From positions 93,002 through 157,001 of the forward strand of contig JBMOKY010000001.1 in NCBI GenBank assembly GCA_049325535.1: a stretch of 64,000 nt of DNA, written 5' to 3'. The position numbers and the translations under genes are program-made. The first letter of the stretch is position 1, and the number at the start of each line of letters is the position of its first letter. Below the pieces are notes generated by a model that was not told the origin of the DNA, searched no databases, and was given only the letters and a program-made list of their open reading frames with translations. Source of the stretch: Patescibacteria group bacterium. GTDB lineage: Bacteria > Patescibacteriota > Patescibacteriia > UBA10025 > JAHIVO01. Below, piece by piece: positions 27,374-37,708 of the stretch.

Positions 27374-27633
27374 TGGCCGTTTATTTCATCATCTGACACA
27401 CCAAACGTGTATCCGCTATCTCTCAATATTTCTCGGAGCCGCTGCCTTTTGAGCTGGTCCATTTCGACGCCCCCTTCTATAAGCATAGTTTCTATTTTTT
27501 TCAACAATATTCCCATTGATTCGGCATCGCCCGCTTCTTGGATCGCGCGAAACTGCGCCTCTAGATTGAGGCCAAACTCTTCTTCCAGTTCTTCAACGAC
27601 TGACCGTGGTCTCGGTTCTCCCCCTCGTCCCAT
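27370..27633 (-). CDS. small acidic hypothetical protein (87 aa)
   Basis: Translationally coupled to the 74-aa peptide gene; no family recognised. Confidence 0.4.
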   Translation of the reverse strand: MGRGGEPRPRSVVEELEEEFGLNLEAQFRAIQEAGDAESMGILLKKIETMLIEGGVEMDQLKRQRLREILRDSGYTFGVSDDEINGQ

Positions 27634-27729
27634 AGGTTTTTATTAAGTGAGTAAATGCTTGCTATGAGTAAGTCTAGAGTAAATGATCACAAATATCAAA
27701 ATGGGTTTTGACCACACAGGCTACTCTGA

Positions 27730-28194
27730 TTATTTCTTCTCAATCAGCTGGGGCAACCGATCAATGAATGCTCGCTTCCAGAAGGGCAGTCCAAACGTTT
27801 TCACCAGCCAGGCGTAGGGTCGTCTCCATATGCGATTATGCACGGTCACATAATAGGTGTACTGCACCCGTGTGCCCTCGGGATCATCGACCAAGAGCAG
27901 CTCTTCTTCGCCGGTCGTATTGAACGTCGTATTGTGCGTCTGACAGCGATACCCGCGTCCCGGCAACAATTCCACCTGAATATTTATCTTCACATCAGGG
28001 AAGAACCGGGCGAATGACGCGGCCACCGATTGTACTTTCAGGCGTGTGCCGTTCTTTTCTATAATTTTGACTGACTTAGCAACCCGGGGAAAGTGTTCGG
28101 GCATCTTTTCCCAATCCGACACAATACTATACACATCTTCCCGTTTCGCGGGGATCAACCAATCTCCTTTGACTGCTATTTTTTCTGGTTGCAT
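27730..28194 (-). CDS. SRPBCC-fold (polyketide cyclase/START-like) protein
   Basis: 154 aa with a beta-rich pattern typical of SRPBCC; this is a weak family call. Confidence 0.4.
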   Translation of the reverse strand: MQPEKIAVKGDWLIPAKREDVYSIVSDWEKMPEHFPRVAKSVKIIEKNGTRLKVQSVAASFARFFPDVKINIQVELLPGRGYRCQTHNTTFNTTGEEELLLVDDPEGTRVQYTYYVTVHNRIWRRPYAWLVKTFGLPFWKRAFIDRLPQLIEKK

Positions 28195-28325
28195 AGTTCG
28201 TAATTTTTTTTTGTAATTAAAAAATGATGCGCCATACCACCAACTTCATTCTACCCCTGGTGGGTATTTATGCAAGCAAAAACCCCGCTCTGATGAACGG
28301 GGCTTTGTCGATGATAGAGACGTGA

Positions 28326-28625
28326 TTACTGCTGTGGCGCTTCGGGTTTTTTCTTTAGGGCGTCCTTCAGGGTCTTGCCGGCGCGGAATTTCGGGATGGT
28401 GACCTGCGGGATCTGGATGCGTTCTGACGGGTTTTGGGGATTGACGCCACCGCGGGCACTGCGAACCTTGGCGATGAACGTGCCAAACCCCGTCAGGGTC
28501 ACTTCCTCACCCCGCTGCAGAGCCTCGATGGTGATCTGCTCAAACGCGTCGAGCATATCTTCGGCCTGCTTTTTTGATACGCCCACTTTTTGGGCGATGC
28601 GATTGATGAGTTCGGCTTTGTTCAT
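28326..28625 (-). CDS. hup: HU family DNA-binding protein
   Basis: MNKAELINRIA...GFGTF...R.AR.GRNP HU/IHF signature. Confidence 0.9.
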   Translation of the reverse strand: MNKAELINRIAQKVGVSKKQAEDMLDAFEQITIEALQRGEEVTLTGFGTFIAKVRSARGGVNPQNPSERIQIPQVTIPKFRAGKTLKDALKKKPEAPQQ

Positions 28626-28630
28626 AATTG

Positions 28631-29437
28631 CTATATAGTTATGAATTTTTGGATGCGTTCTATGGTGATCGCGGCGTGCGTCGTCGGATCGATGCGGATG
28701 ACTGCCGCATTGACCACGCAGTCGCCGTGATCGGCAATGTCGTGGGCGCGGGATTCCTTCCCGCGGAAATTATTCAGGATGACATCGGTATTGACCCCGA
28801 TGACTGAATTGAGGAGGCCGGCCATGCCCACATCGGTGATATAGGCAGTGCCGCCGGGGAGGATTCGCTCGTCTGCGGTGGGAATGTGCGTGTGGGTACC
28901 AAGGACGGCCGCTACCCGTCCGTCCGCGTGCCAGCCGAAAGCTACTTTTTCCGAGGTGGCTTCCGCGTGGAAGTCCACGATGATACCGGTGTATTCGCGG
29001 GACTGCTGACGGAGTATGTCATCCAGCGCGTCAAATGGATTACTGAGTTCTTCTGGAATGAATACCTGGCCGTGTAAGTTTACCACAAGCAGGGAGTGCT
29101 GGCCAAGGGTGATTTCCCGGAATCCGGCTCCCGGGACATCCGCACCGTAATTGGCCGGTCGGATGAGGGGGTAGTCGGGGTCTTTGAAGATTTCGTACAC
29201 TTCGGGTTTGGACCAGATGTGGTTTCCGGAGGTGAAGAAATCGATGCCGGCACCGCGCATTTCATCCAGCGTCTTCCGGGTGACCCCCACGCCGTGCGCC
29301 AGATTTTCCCCATTGGCGATCACCAGGTCAGGCTGGTATTCTTTTTTCAAATCCGGGAGTACTCCGGCTACCGCACGGCGGCCGGGCTTCCCGACGATGT
29401 CACCGAAGAATAGGATTGATAGGGTTGGGGAGGGCAT
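28631..29437 (-). CDS. ymdB: TIGR00282/YmdB-family metallophosphoesterase (2',3'-cyclic-nucleotide phosphodiesterase)
   Basis: ILFFGDIVGKPGR...IANGENLAHG...FHAEATSEK...GTHTHIPTAD aligns closely with B. subtilis YmdB. The gene lies next to rny, the same gene order as in B. subtilis. Confidence 0.85.
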   Translation of the reverse strand: MPSPTLSILFFGDIVGKPGRRAVAGVLPDLKKEYQPDLVIANGENLAHGVGVTRKTLDEMRGAGIDFFTSGNHIWSKPEVYEIFKDPDYPLIRPANYGADVPGAGFREITLGQHSLLVVNLHGQVFIPEELSNPFDALDDILRQQSREYTGIIVDFHAEATSEKVAFGWHADGRVAAVLGTHTHIPTADERILPGGTAYITDVGMAGLLNSVIGVNTDVILNNFRGKESRAHDIADHGDCVVNAAVIRIDPTTHAAITIERIQKFITI

Positions 29438-29554
29438 GGAGGTTAGATGGGATAGAGGGCTTGGGAGGGCATAGATGGTGATAGGAGGGGTAAGAGGGTT
29501 AGATAACCTTTTGCCCTATTCCCCTCTCGAGCCGTCTATTGCCGTATGTGCCTT

Positions 29555-31084
29555 TTATCTGGCATATTCCACTACGCGTTTCTCACGGATTAATGTCACT
29601 TTGATTTCTCCGGGGTATTTCAGCTCCTCTTCGATTTTTTTAGCGATGTCACGCGCCAGGGTGACGGCGGCAAAATCATCGATCTTGTCCGGGACGACGA
29701 AGACACGCACTTCACGGCCAGCCTGGATGGCGTAGGTCTTTTCCACGCCTTCAAATCCTTTGGCGATGCCTTCCAGTTCGTCCAGCCGCTGGATATACTG
29801 CTCGTAGGTGTCTTTGCGGGCACCCGGGCGGGCGCCGGAGATGGCGTCGGCTACCTGGACGATGACCGCTTCCAGTGTCGGCGGCACGTCTTCGTGGTGA
29901 CCCTCAATGCACTCAATCACTTCTTTGGACAGTCCGAATTTTCTGCCGATGTCGCCGCCGATTTGCATGTGCGTTCCCTGGATTTCGTGATCCACGGCTT
30001 TACCGATATCGTGCATAAACGCACCCTTCTTCGCTATGTTCACATCAGCGCCGAGCTCTTCGGCTAGGAGGGTGGCGAGATTGGCAACTTCAATGGAGTG
30101 CCTGAGGATATTCTGACCGTAACTGGTGCGGTATTTCAAGCGGCCGATGATTTGCAGCAGTTTCGGCGGTAGGCCGGCGATACCCACTTCATAGGCCGCC
30201 TCTTCTCCCGCTTTTTTGATATCGAGGGCCAGGTCTTTTTTGGCTTTATCGATCGCCTCCTCGATGCGTCCGGGGTGGATGCGTCCGTCCTGGATGAGGA
30301 TTTCTAGTGCGCGTTTGGCCAGGTGACGGCGGATGGGCGAGAAGCCGGAGATGACAATTGATTCGGGCGTCTCATCCACGATGATTTCCACGCCCGTCTG
30401 CTGCTCGAGCGCCTTGATATTGCGGCCTTCCTTGCCGATGATGCGGCCTTTCATTTCGTCATTCGGCAGGTGCACCACGGTGGTGGTGGTTTCCGCGGCA
30501 TGTGAGCTGGCGGTGCGCTGGATGACGCTGCTCAGGAGATTTTTCGCCTCGCGCTCCAGGCTTTCCTGCGATTCCTGCTGGAGTTTGGTGATGCGATGCG
30601 CCAGTTCGTCCTTGATTTCGATTTCCGTGTTTTCCATCAGGACGCGCTTGGCGTCGTCTTTGGTTAGGCTGGCGATTTTTTCCAGCTTGGCGATTTGTTG
30701 TTCGCGGATTTTGCCGATTTCTTCCTTGGCGCGGTCCAGATGCTCGCTTTTTTCCTGTAATTTCTGCTGCTTGTCTTCGAGGTCGATTAATTTCTTGTCA
30801 AACAGGGTTTCGCGGGATTCCAGGCGTTCCTGCATGTGCCGCAATTCACGCCGGCTTTGTTCCGCTTCTTTTTTTGCCTCCTCGGTTATTTCCAGGGCTT
30901 TGTCTTTTGCCTGGATGAGGAGTTCACGCTGCTTATTTTTCGTTTCGATAATCTGCTGATTGAGCTTGGCCTCAGCAGTATCGATTTGCTTGGCGGCCCA
31001 GACTTTCCGTCCCCACCAACCGACGATCATACCCCCCGGAATGCCGATGGCGGTCAGGAGGACCCAGATAAAGTTTTCTGCCAT
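29555..31084 (-). CDS. rny: ribonuclease Y
   Basis: N-terminal TM, coiled coil, KH domain (GRIIGKEGRNIKALE) and HD domain (HSIEVANL...HDIGK). The ATG start is at 31084. Confidence 0.9.
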   Translation of the reverse strand: MAENFIWVLLTAIGIPGGMIVGWWGRKVWAAKQIDTAEAKLNQQIIETKNKQRELLIQAKDKALEITEEAKKEAEQSRRELRHMQERLESRETLFDKKLIDLEDKQQKLQEKSEHLDRAKEEIGKIREQQIAKLEKIASLTKDDAKRVLMENTEIEIKDELAHRITKLQQESQESLEREAKNLLSSVIQRTASSHAAETTTTVVHLPNDEMKGRIIGKEGRNIKALEQQTGVEIIVDETPESIVISGFSPIRRHLAKRALEILIQDGRIHPGRIEEAIDKAKKDLALDIKKAGEEAAYEVGIAGLPPKLLQIIGRLKYRTSYGQNILRHSIEVANLATLLAEELGADVNIAKKGAFMHDIGKAVDHEIQGTHMQIGGDIGRKFGLSKEVIECIEGHHEDVPPTLEAVIVQVADAISGARPGARKDTYEQYIQRLDELEGIAKGFEGVEKTYAIQAGREVRVFVVPDKIDDFAAVTLARDIAKKIEEELKYPGEIKVTLIREKRVVEYAR

Positions 31085-31263
31085 ATATTTTAATAATGTC
31101 CAATTAATTAAGTAACAATATCCAATCAATATTCAATGCACCAATGTTCAATGATTCAATACTGATTGGAAATTGTAATTGGTGATGTGCGAAGGTACAT
31201 AAATTGCGAGACGTCCACTCTTTCGTGAACTCTCGGCTCTTTATTTCGTACGCGTGACCTCGG

Positions 31264-31845
31264 TTATTTATTCTGCACTATCTTGTCGATAATGCCGTAT
31301 TTTTTTGCCTGGTCAGCGGTCATGAAATAATCGCGGTCGGTATCTTGCTTGATCGTGTCGATTGATTTGCCGGTGTGGCGCGCTAAAATCTGGTCGAGGC
31401 GATCCCGAATTTTCAGGATATGCTCCGCCCGGATTTTGACATCCGAGGCCTGCCCTTCTGCGCCGCCCATGACTTGGTGCAGCATGATTTCAGAATTTGG
31501 CAGGGCAAATCGTTTGCCGGCAGCGCCCGCCGCCAGCAGTACCGCCCCCATTGACGCGGCCATGCCGACGCAAATGGTAGCGACGTCCGGTTTGACGTAC
31601 TGCATGGTATCATAAATCGCCATGCCGGCCGTCACCGAACCGCCCGGGGTGTTGATGTAGATCTTGATGTCCTTCGTCTTGTCCTCTGATTCCAGGAACA
31701 AGAGTTGGGCAATCACCGTATTTGCCACTACATCAGTGACCGGGTTACCAAGGAAGATAATCCGCTCTTTCAAGAGTCGAGAGTATATGTCGTACGCCCG
31801 TTCACCGAACGACGACTTTTCTATTACTGTGGGAATAAGTTGCAT
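31264..31845 (-). CDS. clpP: ATP-dependent Clp protease proteolytic subunit
   Basis: [19 protein letters not shown]...MGAVLLAAG...HQ ClpP catalytic-triad context. Confidence 0.9.
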   Translation of the reverse strand: MQLIPTVIEKSSFGERAYDIYSRLLKERIIFLGNPVTDVVANTVIAQLLFLESEDKTKDIKIYINTPGGSVTAGMAIYDTMQYVKPDVATICVGMAASMGAVLLAAGAAGKRFALPNSEIMLHQVMGGAEGQASDVKIRAEHILKIRDRLDQILARHTGKSIDTIKQDTDRDYFMTADQAKKYGIIDKIVQNK

Positions 31846-31981
31846 ACCTCTATCGCTTGTTAAGCGTAGTCTATAGTATAGGGATGCCCGGGCCCCTTTG
31901 TCAATCCTGCCATCAAAACGGGCTTTTTAGCCACCAAAAAATCACCCATGCCATGGTGTTTGGCTAATGTCATGCTATTTT

Positions 31982-32992
31982 CTACGGTAATTTATCCGAT
32001 TCAGGATGGTCGCTCCCATTGGTCGCGACCACTTCCCAGCCGTTCGCTTTTTCTACGAGCGTCCCCTGAACCGTGAATCCGGCAGCCTTCGGATGGCCAC
32101 CTCCGCCGAAAAATTTTGCGATCTTCGATACGTCCACGCCATCCTGGGTGGTGCGCAGGCTTGCCTTGATGAGCCCGGGTCCTTTTTCATAGAGCACCAT
32201 GATGGCCTTGGCTTTTTCTACGCTATTCAGGAAATTGGCGATACCCTCGGAACTTTCCTCGATCCCGAGCTCATCGAAATCTTTTTTGGTCAGCACAGTA
32301 GTGACGATGCCCGTTTGTTCGTTTTTTTTCAAACGAGACAACGCGCGTCCCCAGAGCTGCAGCTGTTGCAGGGATTTATTTTGCAGGGTGTGTTTGATGA
32401 TTTCCTTCGCCCGGGCGCCGTAGGCCAGCAGTTTTGATGACACTTCCATGGACGACGGCGTGGTGCCGAGATTAGAAAAGCTGCCGGTGTCAGTAAGGAT
32501 ACCGGTCAGGAGCGCGGTGGCTACGTCTTTCGGGATCGGGAGGCGGAAGTGGTCGAGAAAATGGAAAATGATTTCCGCAGTTGACGAGGCGCTCGGTTGA
32601 ACCAGATTGATGGCGCCGTACCGCGTATTCGTGTGGTGGTGGTCGATATTGATAATGATGGGCGCGCCTGGCAGCCGAGGGAGTAGTTCATGTATTCCGG
32701 CGTATTCCAAATCGCCCGAGTCAAGCACGATCACTGCGTCGTGCGATTGACTGAGCAGCGGGATAGCGTCCTGCTCGATGGTGATCTCGTGCAGCAGAAA
32801 TGACAGAGAGGCGGGTACCGGCGTGGTACAAAACAACCGATGGTCGGTTTCCGTATGGCGCAGGTAGTGGGCCATGCCGAGCATGGATCCGATGGCGTCA
32901 CCGTCAGGATTTTGGTGCCCGACCACCACGACCCGCCGCGCTTTGTCGAGCGCGTCTTTGATTTTTTGGAATGTAGGGATGAGTTCCGTCAT
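31982..32992 (-). CDS. nrnA: DHH/DHHA1 phosphoesterase, NrnA-like (oligoribonuclease/pAp phosphatase)
   Basis: DHH motifs GHQNPDGDAIGS and NIDHHHTN; rbfA-nrnA adjacency. Confidence 0.8.
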   Translation of the reverse strand: MTELIPTFQKIKDALDKARRVVVVGHQNPDGDAIGSMLGMAHYLRHTETDHRLFCTTPVPASLSFLLHEITIEQDAIPLLSQSHDAVIVLDSGDLEYAGIHELLPRLPGAPIIINIDHHHTNTRYGAINLVQPSASSTAEIIFHFLDHFRLPIPKDVATALLTGILTDTGSFSNLGTTPSSMEVSSKLLAYGARAKEIIKHTLQNKSLQQLQLWGRALSRLKKNEQTGIVTTVLTKKDFDELGIEESSEGIANFLNSVEKAKAIMVLYEKGPGLIKASLRTTQDGVDVSKIAKFFGGGGHPKAAGFTVQGTLVEKANGWEVVATNGSDHPESDKLP

Positions 32993-33049
32993 ACGTGGGT
33001 GTGCAGCGGGATGGGGATGTGTATCCCCCCCTCATGCTAACCACCTACC

Positions 33050-33394
33050 CTACTCTTCGCGGTGAATTTTGTCAATAAGCGCGTCTATCTCTTCCACCGC
33101 CTCGGAACTATGATCGATATGAAATCTCAGCAGGGGCATTTTTCGGATGATGAGAGTGCGGGCGAGATGCGTGCGGAGGCTGCCGGCATGTGCCGCTAGG
33201 TGTGCCTGGGTGGCCGCCTGGGCAGCAGTCGGCAGCACGCTGACCGTGATATCGGCATAGCTCAAGTCTGGGCTGACCGTCACTCGCGTGATGGTCGCCA
33301 GCACCCCCGGCGGTATGTTTAATTCAGTCACAAACGCCTGTCCCAGCGCGTGACGGATTAATTCATTGAGTTTTTGGACGCGTTTGACTGACAC
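33050..33394 (-). CDS. rbfA: ribosome-binding factor A
   Basis: 114 aa beginning RVQKLNELIRHAL...ITRVTVSPDLSYA, immediately downstream of infB. Confidence 0.85.
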   Translation of the reverse strand: MSVKRVQKLNELIRHALGQAFVTELNIPPGVLATITRVTVSPDLSYADITVSVLPTAAQAATQAHLAAHAGSLRTHLARTLIIRKMPLLRFHIDHSSEAVEEIDALIDKIHREE

Positions 33395-33397
33395 GAC

Positions 33398-35377
33398 TTA
33401 TTGGCTCAATTCCTCAGTGTAACATTCGAGAAAATCACCTTCACGGATATCGGCAGTGCCTTTCAGTGAAATGCCGCATTCGGTACCGGCGGGCATGTGG
33501 GTCACGGATTCTTTACCCTGACGGATGCCCGTGATCTGCGCCCGCCCGATTGGTTTTTCATCACGCATTACGGTGACGAGGGCATTGACGATCGCTTTTC
33601 CTTTGGTGATCTGCGCGCCGACAATCATCGTTTTTCGTTCGGTACGGAAAATGGCGACGACCTTCGCCCGCCCCTGTTCCACTTTGATTTTGTCATAGGT
33701 GACCAGGGCGTTTACCCGTTCCTGTACGTCATCGATCAGATTGTAGATAATCGTATCCACGCGAATCGGCACCCCGTGTTCCTGCGCCAGATTTTCGACC
33801 TGGGGGTTTGACTTGACATTAAACCCATAGATACGCGCGCCGACACTCTCTGCTTCCAGCACATCCGCGTCAGTAATATTGCCCAGTCCTTTTTTGACGA
33901 TGGTGACGCTGACATCCTTGGCCGTAATTGTTTCCAGTGACTGGAGCAGCGCTTCCTGAGAACCGAGCGTATCAGTCCGGAGGATGATGTGCACTTCTTT
34001 GGCCGGTGATTCAGTTTCATCATTATTTTTTTGGGTTTGTTTCCAGGTCTGCGTATCACGGTAGCTGCGCGCTTTGTGGTGGAGTTGTTTTTCGATTTTT
34101 TTCAGGGAAACATCCTCGGTGGTCACCTGGAGGACGTCGCCGACCTCCGGTGCGTTTTTCAGTCCCAGCAATTTTACCGGGGTCGATGGCGGGGCACTGT
34201 CGATGTCTTTTCCCCGGTGATCCTTCATGGCGCGAATTTTACCGACCACCGTGCCTACTTGGACATGGTCTCCGCGGTGTAGCGTGCCCGTCTGAACGAT
34301 GACCGTAGCCACTGGGCCTTCGCCTTTATGCACATGTGATTCGATGACCGTCCCGGCAGCTGAGCGATCAGGATTAGCAACGATGGCCTCTTTTTCCATA
34401 TCCGCAAGCAAAATCACATGTTCCAGCAGTGCATCGATTCCCTCGCCGGTTTTTGCTGATACCGGGAGCGTCATGACCGAGCCGCCCCATTCTTCGGACA
34501 GGATATTTTTTTGGGCGAGTTGGCTTTGCAAGCGTTTGACGTCCGCTTCTGCTTTATCGACTTTATTCATGGCGACCAGGTAGGGCAGCTTGGCACTTTT
34601 GATAATCTGAATGGCTTCTTCGGTCTGTGGTTTGATGCCGTCATCGGCCGCGATAACCAGGATGGCGATATCGGCTACCCGGGCGCCCCGTGAGCGCATA
34701 GCGGTGAATGCCTGATGGCCTGGGGTATCGATAAATGTGATCAGGCGATTATTTTTGGTGACTTGATACGCGCCGATGTGCTGGGTGATGCCGCCGGATT
34801 CGGAGGCAACCACGTTTGTCGTACGGATTGCATCGAGCAGCTTGGTTTTCCCGTGGTCGACATGGCCCATCACCACCACGATCGGCGGGCGGGGCAGCAG
34901 GTGGTCGCTGTCCGCCAGGATTGTTTCTCGCTCGGTATCGGCCGCCTCGCTGGCGGCAGTTTCGGTCTGGGCTACGGTGGTGACGCCGAAATCCTGAGCG
35001 ATAATCGATGCGGTTTCAAAATCTATCTGCTCATTCAGGTTTGCCAGGATACCGTTTTTCATCAGTTCCTGGATGACCGCGGCCACAGGTTTTTCGATCA
35101 GCGCAGCAAAATCCCGTACCGTAATGACCGGCGGTACCGTGATTTCGGTTTTGGTGGGAGCGGTCGGCTCGAGCACATCGACCGAGTCAGTGAGTTTGTT
35201 GCGACGGTAGGTGTCGATGATTGATCGGTCGTGATCCAGCATCTCGATGATGCGGTGGGCGACGGCATTGTCTACCTTAATGGCTTTGCGGCCAATATCA
35301 TAGCCCAAGAGCGGGAATAAATCCCGCATTTCATTGGGAGAGACTTTAATTCTTCGGGCTAGTTCGGTGACATTCAT
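33398..35377 (-). CDS. infB: translation initiation factor IF-2
   Basis: G-domain GHVDHGKTKLLD, DTPGH and NKVD motifs; 659 aa. Confidence 0.95.
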   Translation of the reverse strand: MNVTELARRIKVSPNEMRDLFPLLGYDIGRKAIKVDNAVAHRIIEMLDHDRSIIDTYRRNKLTDSVDVLEPTAPTKTEITVPPVITVRDFAALIEKPVAAVIQELMKNGILANLNEQIDFETASIIAQDFGVTTVAQTETAASEAADTERETILADSDHLLPRPPIVVVMGHVDHGKTKLLDAIRTTNVVASESGGITQHIGAYQVTKNNRLITFIDTPGHQAFTAMRSRGARVADIAILVIAADDGIKPQTEEAIQIIKSAKLPYLVAMNKVDKAEADVKRLQSQLAQKNILSEEWGGSVMTLPVSAKTGEGIDALLEHVILLADMEKEAIVANPDRSAAGTVIESHVHKGEGPVATVIVQTGTLHRGDHVQVGTVVGKIRAMKDHRGKDIDSAPPSTPVKLLGLKNAPEVGDVLQVTTEDVSLKKIEKQLHHKARSYRDTQTWKQTQKNNDETESPAKEVHIILRTDTLGSQEALLQSLETITAKDVSVTIVKKGLGNITDADVLEAESVGARIYGFNVKSNPQVENLAQEHGVPIRVDTIIYNLIDDVQERVNALVTYDKIKVEQGRAKVVAIFRTERKTMIVGAQITKGKAIVNALVTVMRDEKPIGRAQITGIRQGKESVTHMPAGTECGISLKGTADIREGDFLECYTEELSQ

Positions 35378-35494
35378 ATTGGGTGTAGGGTACCGTTATT
35401 TCGATAGTTTGTCTAGGTCCGACTAAAATAAAACGAGTGCGGCAGGACCCGGCACATCGTAGGACGAATTTTGACAGAAACGCGTTCAGATCGG

Positions 35495-36244
35495 CTAAAA
35501 CATACGGTTTTTGCCTACGATGATTTTCAATTTTTGGGGGGCCACCTCCACGGTCACCGGGGTTTTGACCCTGAGTTGGCCATCGGCTATCACTGGTAGA
35601 CTGGTATGGTCGGTAGTGATCGTTACTTTCTTTACGGGAAAAACGCTGGATCGAGAGTAGGTTCTTTTGAGTCCAAACAATCCCTGTCGTTCCGGCTCTT
35701 CGCTGACCACCGCTTCGAGCGTGCCGTCGGTCGGACTTGATTTAGTGACGGAGCCATTGATGTTATAGATGCGGACATGACTCAGCGGCGACAGGGTGCT
35801 GATATTGTATGTGCCGAAGTTCAATTTGAGTTCCGGCGATTCAGGCAGCTGGATTGAAGATATGAAGTAGGCATTGTTCACTTTACCTAAATCGATTTTG
35901 GTGGTGATCCGCGCTGATATTGTGTCACAGGCAGCTACGCCGTGGGGAATGCCAAGCTTGTCGGCAATGCCATTCATGTCCCCCACGGGGATAATGCCAA
36001 ATGTCACCGCGTGCTTGGGCAGAAAGCTTATTATTTTACTGACCGTGTCATCGTTCCCCACTGCCACGATAGTTTTTGCGTCATTTTTGATCGCAGCCTT
36101 GACCATCTCCTCGAGGCTTTTGAGCATAGTCAGTTTTTCCATATGCCCACTGATGCCGAGCTGCATGAGCCGGTTTTCAATCTGATGCGTCAGCGTCTGG
36201 TATTTCTTTTCCGAAACGAAACTGTCGAAGATGTAGTAGTACAT
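35495..36244 (-). CDS. DAGK_cat-family lipid kinase-like protein with degenerate glycine loop (VGNDDT in place of GGDGT)
   Basis: IVAVGNDDTVSKII...GIIPVGDMNGIADKLGIP matches the DgkA/YegS pattern. Confidence 0.5.
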   Translation of the reverse strand: MYYYIFDSFVSEKKYQTLTHQIENRLMQLGISGHMEKLTMLKSLEEMVKAAIKNDAKTIVAVGNDDTVSKIISFLPKHAVTFGIIPVGDMNGIADKLGIPHGVAACDTISARITTKIDLGKVNNAYFISSIQLPESPELKLNFGTYNISTLSPLSHVRIYNINGSVTKSSPTDGTLEAVVSEEPERQGLFGLKRTYSRSSVFPVKKVTITTDHTSLPVIADGQLRVKTPVTVEVAPQKLKIIVGKNRMF

Positions 36245-36250
36245 GAAACG

Positions 36251-36670
36251 TTATTTTTGGTTTGACTTACGTTCTTTATCGACTTTCTGCTCCTCTGTTT
36301 CGCCGGATGATTCGTGCCCTTCGGACATGGACACTTTCCCATTGATCACCGCCCCCTCTTCGATGGAAAGCTTATTGACCTGAATATTCCCGAAAATTTT
36401 AGCGGTGCTGGTCAGCTGAGCTCGTTCGGTCACTTGGATATTCCCACGAATCTCGCCAGAGAGAAAAAGGTTTTGTGCGCTGACCTCCGCCTTCACTTTT
36501 GCCGATTGACCTATCGTCAGATTGTGATTTGTTTTTAGGGTACCCTGGACTACACCCTCGACGGTGACATTACCCTCACCATGAAAATTACCGTCCACTT
36601 TCACTGAACGTCCAATGATTGTTTCGATCTCGTCGCCCTGGTTATGATCGTTGTTTGGAAAGAGTGCCAT
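36251..36670 (-). CDS. bactofilin family cytoskeletal protein
   Basis: 139 aa of repetitive beta-helix pattern (VKVDGNFHGEGNVTVEGVVQGTLK...IRGNIQV) typical of the bactofilin DUF583 family. Confidence 0.8.
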   Translation of the reverse strand: MALFPNNDHNQGDEIETIIGRSVKVDGNFHGEGNVTVEGVVQGTLKTNHNLTIGQSAKVKAEVSAQNLFLSGEIRGNIQVTERAQLTSTAKIFGNIQVNKLSIEEGAVINGKVSMSEGHESSGETEEQKVDKERKSNQK

Positions 36671-36795
36671 ATGGATTACAAAAATTAATAGTAATTATGT
36701 CAATAGTGTTTGTATTGTAGTATTACTCGCTCATTTCAGTCAAATAAAAATTGAATTATTTGTACACTTGATATACACTCTTAAGTACTCAATAT

Positions 36796-37050
36796 ATGGA
36801 TAAATCAACGAAAAAAATATTTCAGGGGATGGAGCATCTGCTACCAACAAACAATGCGATGAAGCAGTCCCAACCACCCAGTAATCTAACTGACCAGGGA
36901 TACGCATCTGTAGTTCGGCGAGAGCTACTTCTCGCATTTGCGGTTCTTGCTGGCTTGTTCATTATCCTAGTGGGGCTGACCATTATAGATAGTAATACGC
37001 CAATCCTCGACGATTTAGCTTCCAGTATCACCGGATATTTTGTAAATTGA
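36796..37050 (+). CDS. possible small membrane protein (84 aa) in the AT-rich island
   Basis: ORF with one TM (LLLAFAVLAGLFIILVGLTII); no SD; low confidence. Confidence 0.25.
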   Translation: MDKSTKKIFQGMEHLLPTNNAMKQSQPPSNLTDQGYASVVRRELLLAFAVLAGLFIILVGLTIIDSNTPILDDLASSITGYFVN

Positions 37051-37157
37051 CATAATACGACACTTGTTTTTAGCTAAATTAAGCTCAAATTGTATAAATA
37101 CTTCATTTTTTTGCTTATTTTAGCCAAATTATATATAGTGTTTATTTCTTAATAAGC

Positions 37158-37177
37158 AATGTTCCACGTGGAACATT
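37158..37177 (+). repeat. perfect 20-bp palindrome AATGTTCCACGTGGAACATT (copy 1)
   Basis: An identical core TGTTCCACGTGGAACA recurs at 38436-38451; both copies lie upstream of tRNA genes. Confidence 0.8.
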
Positions 37178-37306
37178 GGAAATTTAAATATTGATTGATT
37201 TCCTTAATGAAGAGTAATTATCTTCGGGTCTCTGCTAATCCTTTTAACTAAATTCTCATACTATCGGCCATCTGAATGGTGACAATGGATAAGTTGAATT
37301 ATCCAA

Positions 37307-37378
37307 GCCCTCATAGTTCAATGGATAGAACAACCCCGTCCTAAGGGGTAGATAGAGGTTCGATTCCTCTCGAGGGCA
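37307..37378 (+). tRNA. tRNA-Arg, anticodon CCU (CCA not encoded)
   Basis: GCCCTCA TA GTTC AATGGATA GAAC A ACCCC GTCCTAA GGGGT AGAT AGAGG TTCGATT CCTCT CGAGGGC A. The D-arm resembles E. coli tRNA-Arg(CCU); there is one A-C mismatch at the acceptor base. Confidence 0.75.
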
Positions 37379-37470
37379 CTGATACAATCATCCGATTGTT
37401 CGCAAAATAGTTATTTTTATACCCTAGACTCAATTAGCAGCAGATTTATTAATTGATTTTTCACTTTTGG

Positions 37471-37543
37471 GGGCCAATAGCTCAGTTGGTAGAGCGCCGC
37501 ATTCGCATTGCGGAGGTCAGGGGTTCGACTCCCCTTTGGTCCA
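37471..37543 (+). tRNA. tRNA-Ala, anticodon CGC (G3:U70 present, CCA not encoded)
   Basis: GGGCCAA TA GCTC AGTTGGTA GAGC G CCGCA TTCGCAT TGCGG AGGTC AGGGG TTCGACT CCCCT TTGGTCC A. Confidence 0.8.
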
Positions 37544-37708
37544 TAAAGGTGAGGACTTGAGGCACGCTACTGATATAAATAGGAGAATTTACCTTTTTTG
37601 ATTTTTGTCTAACTATATTCCAAAAAATGTTGGAATGCTGATTTTTGATATTATTGGTTAGTGGTATAATTCTTTTATAAGCAAAGTCTTTTGAAAGGAG
37701 GTGAAACA

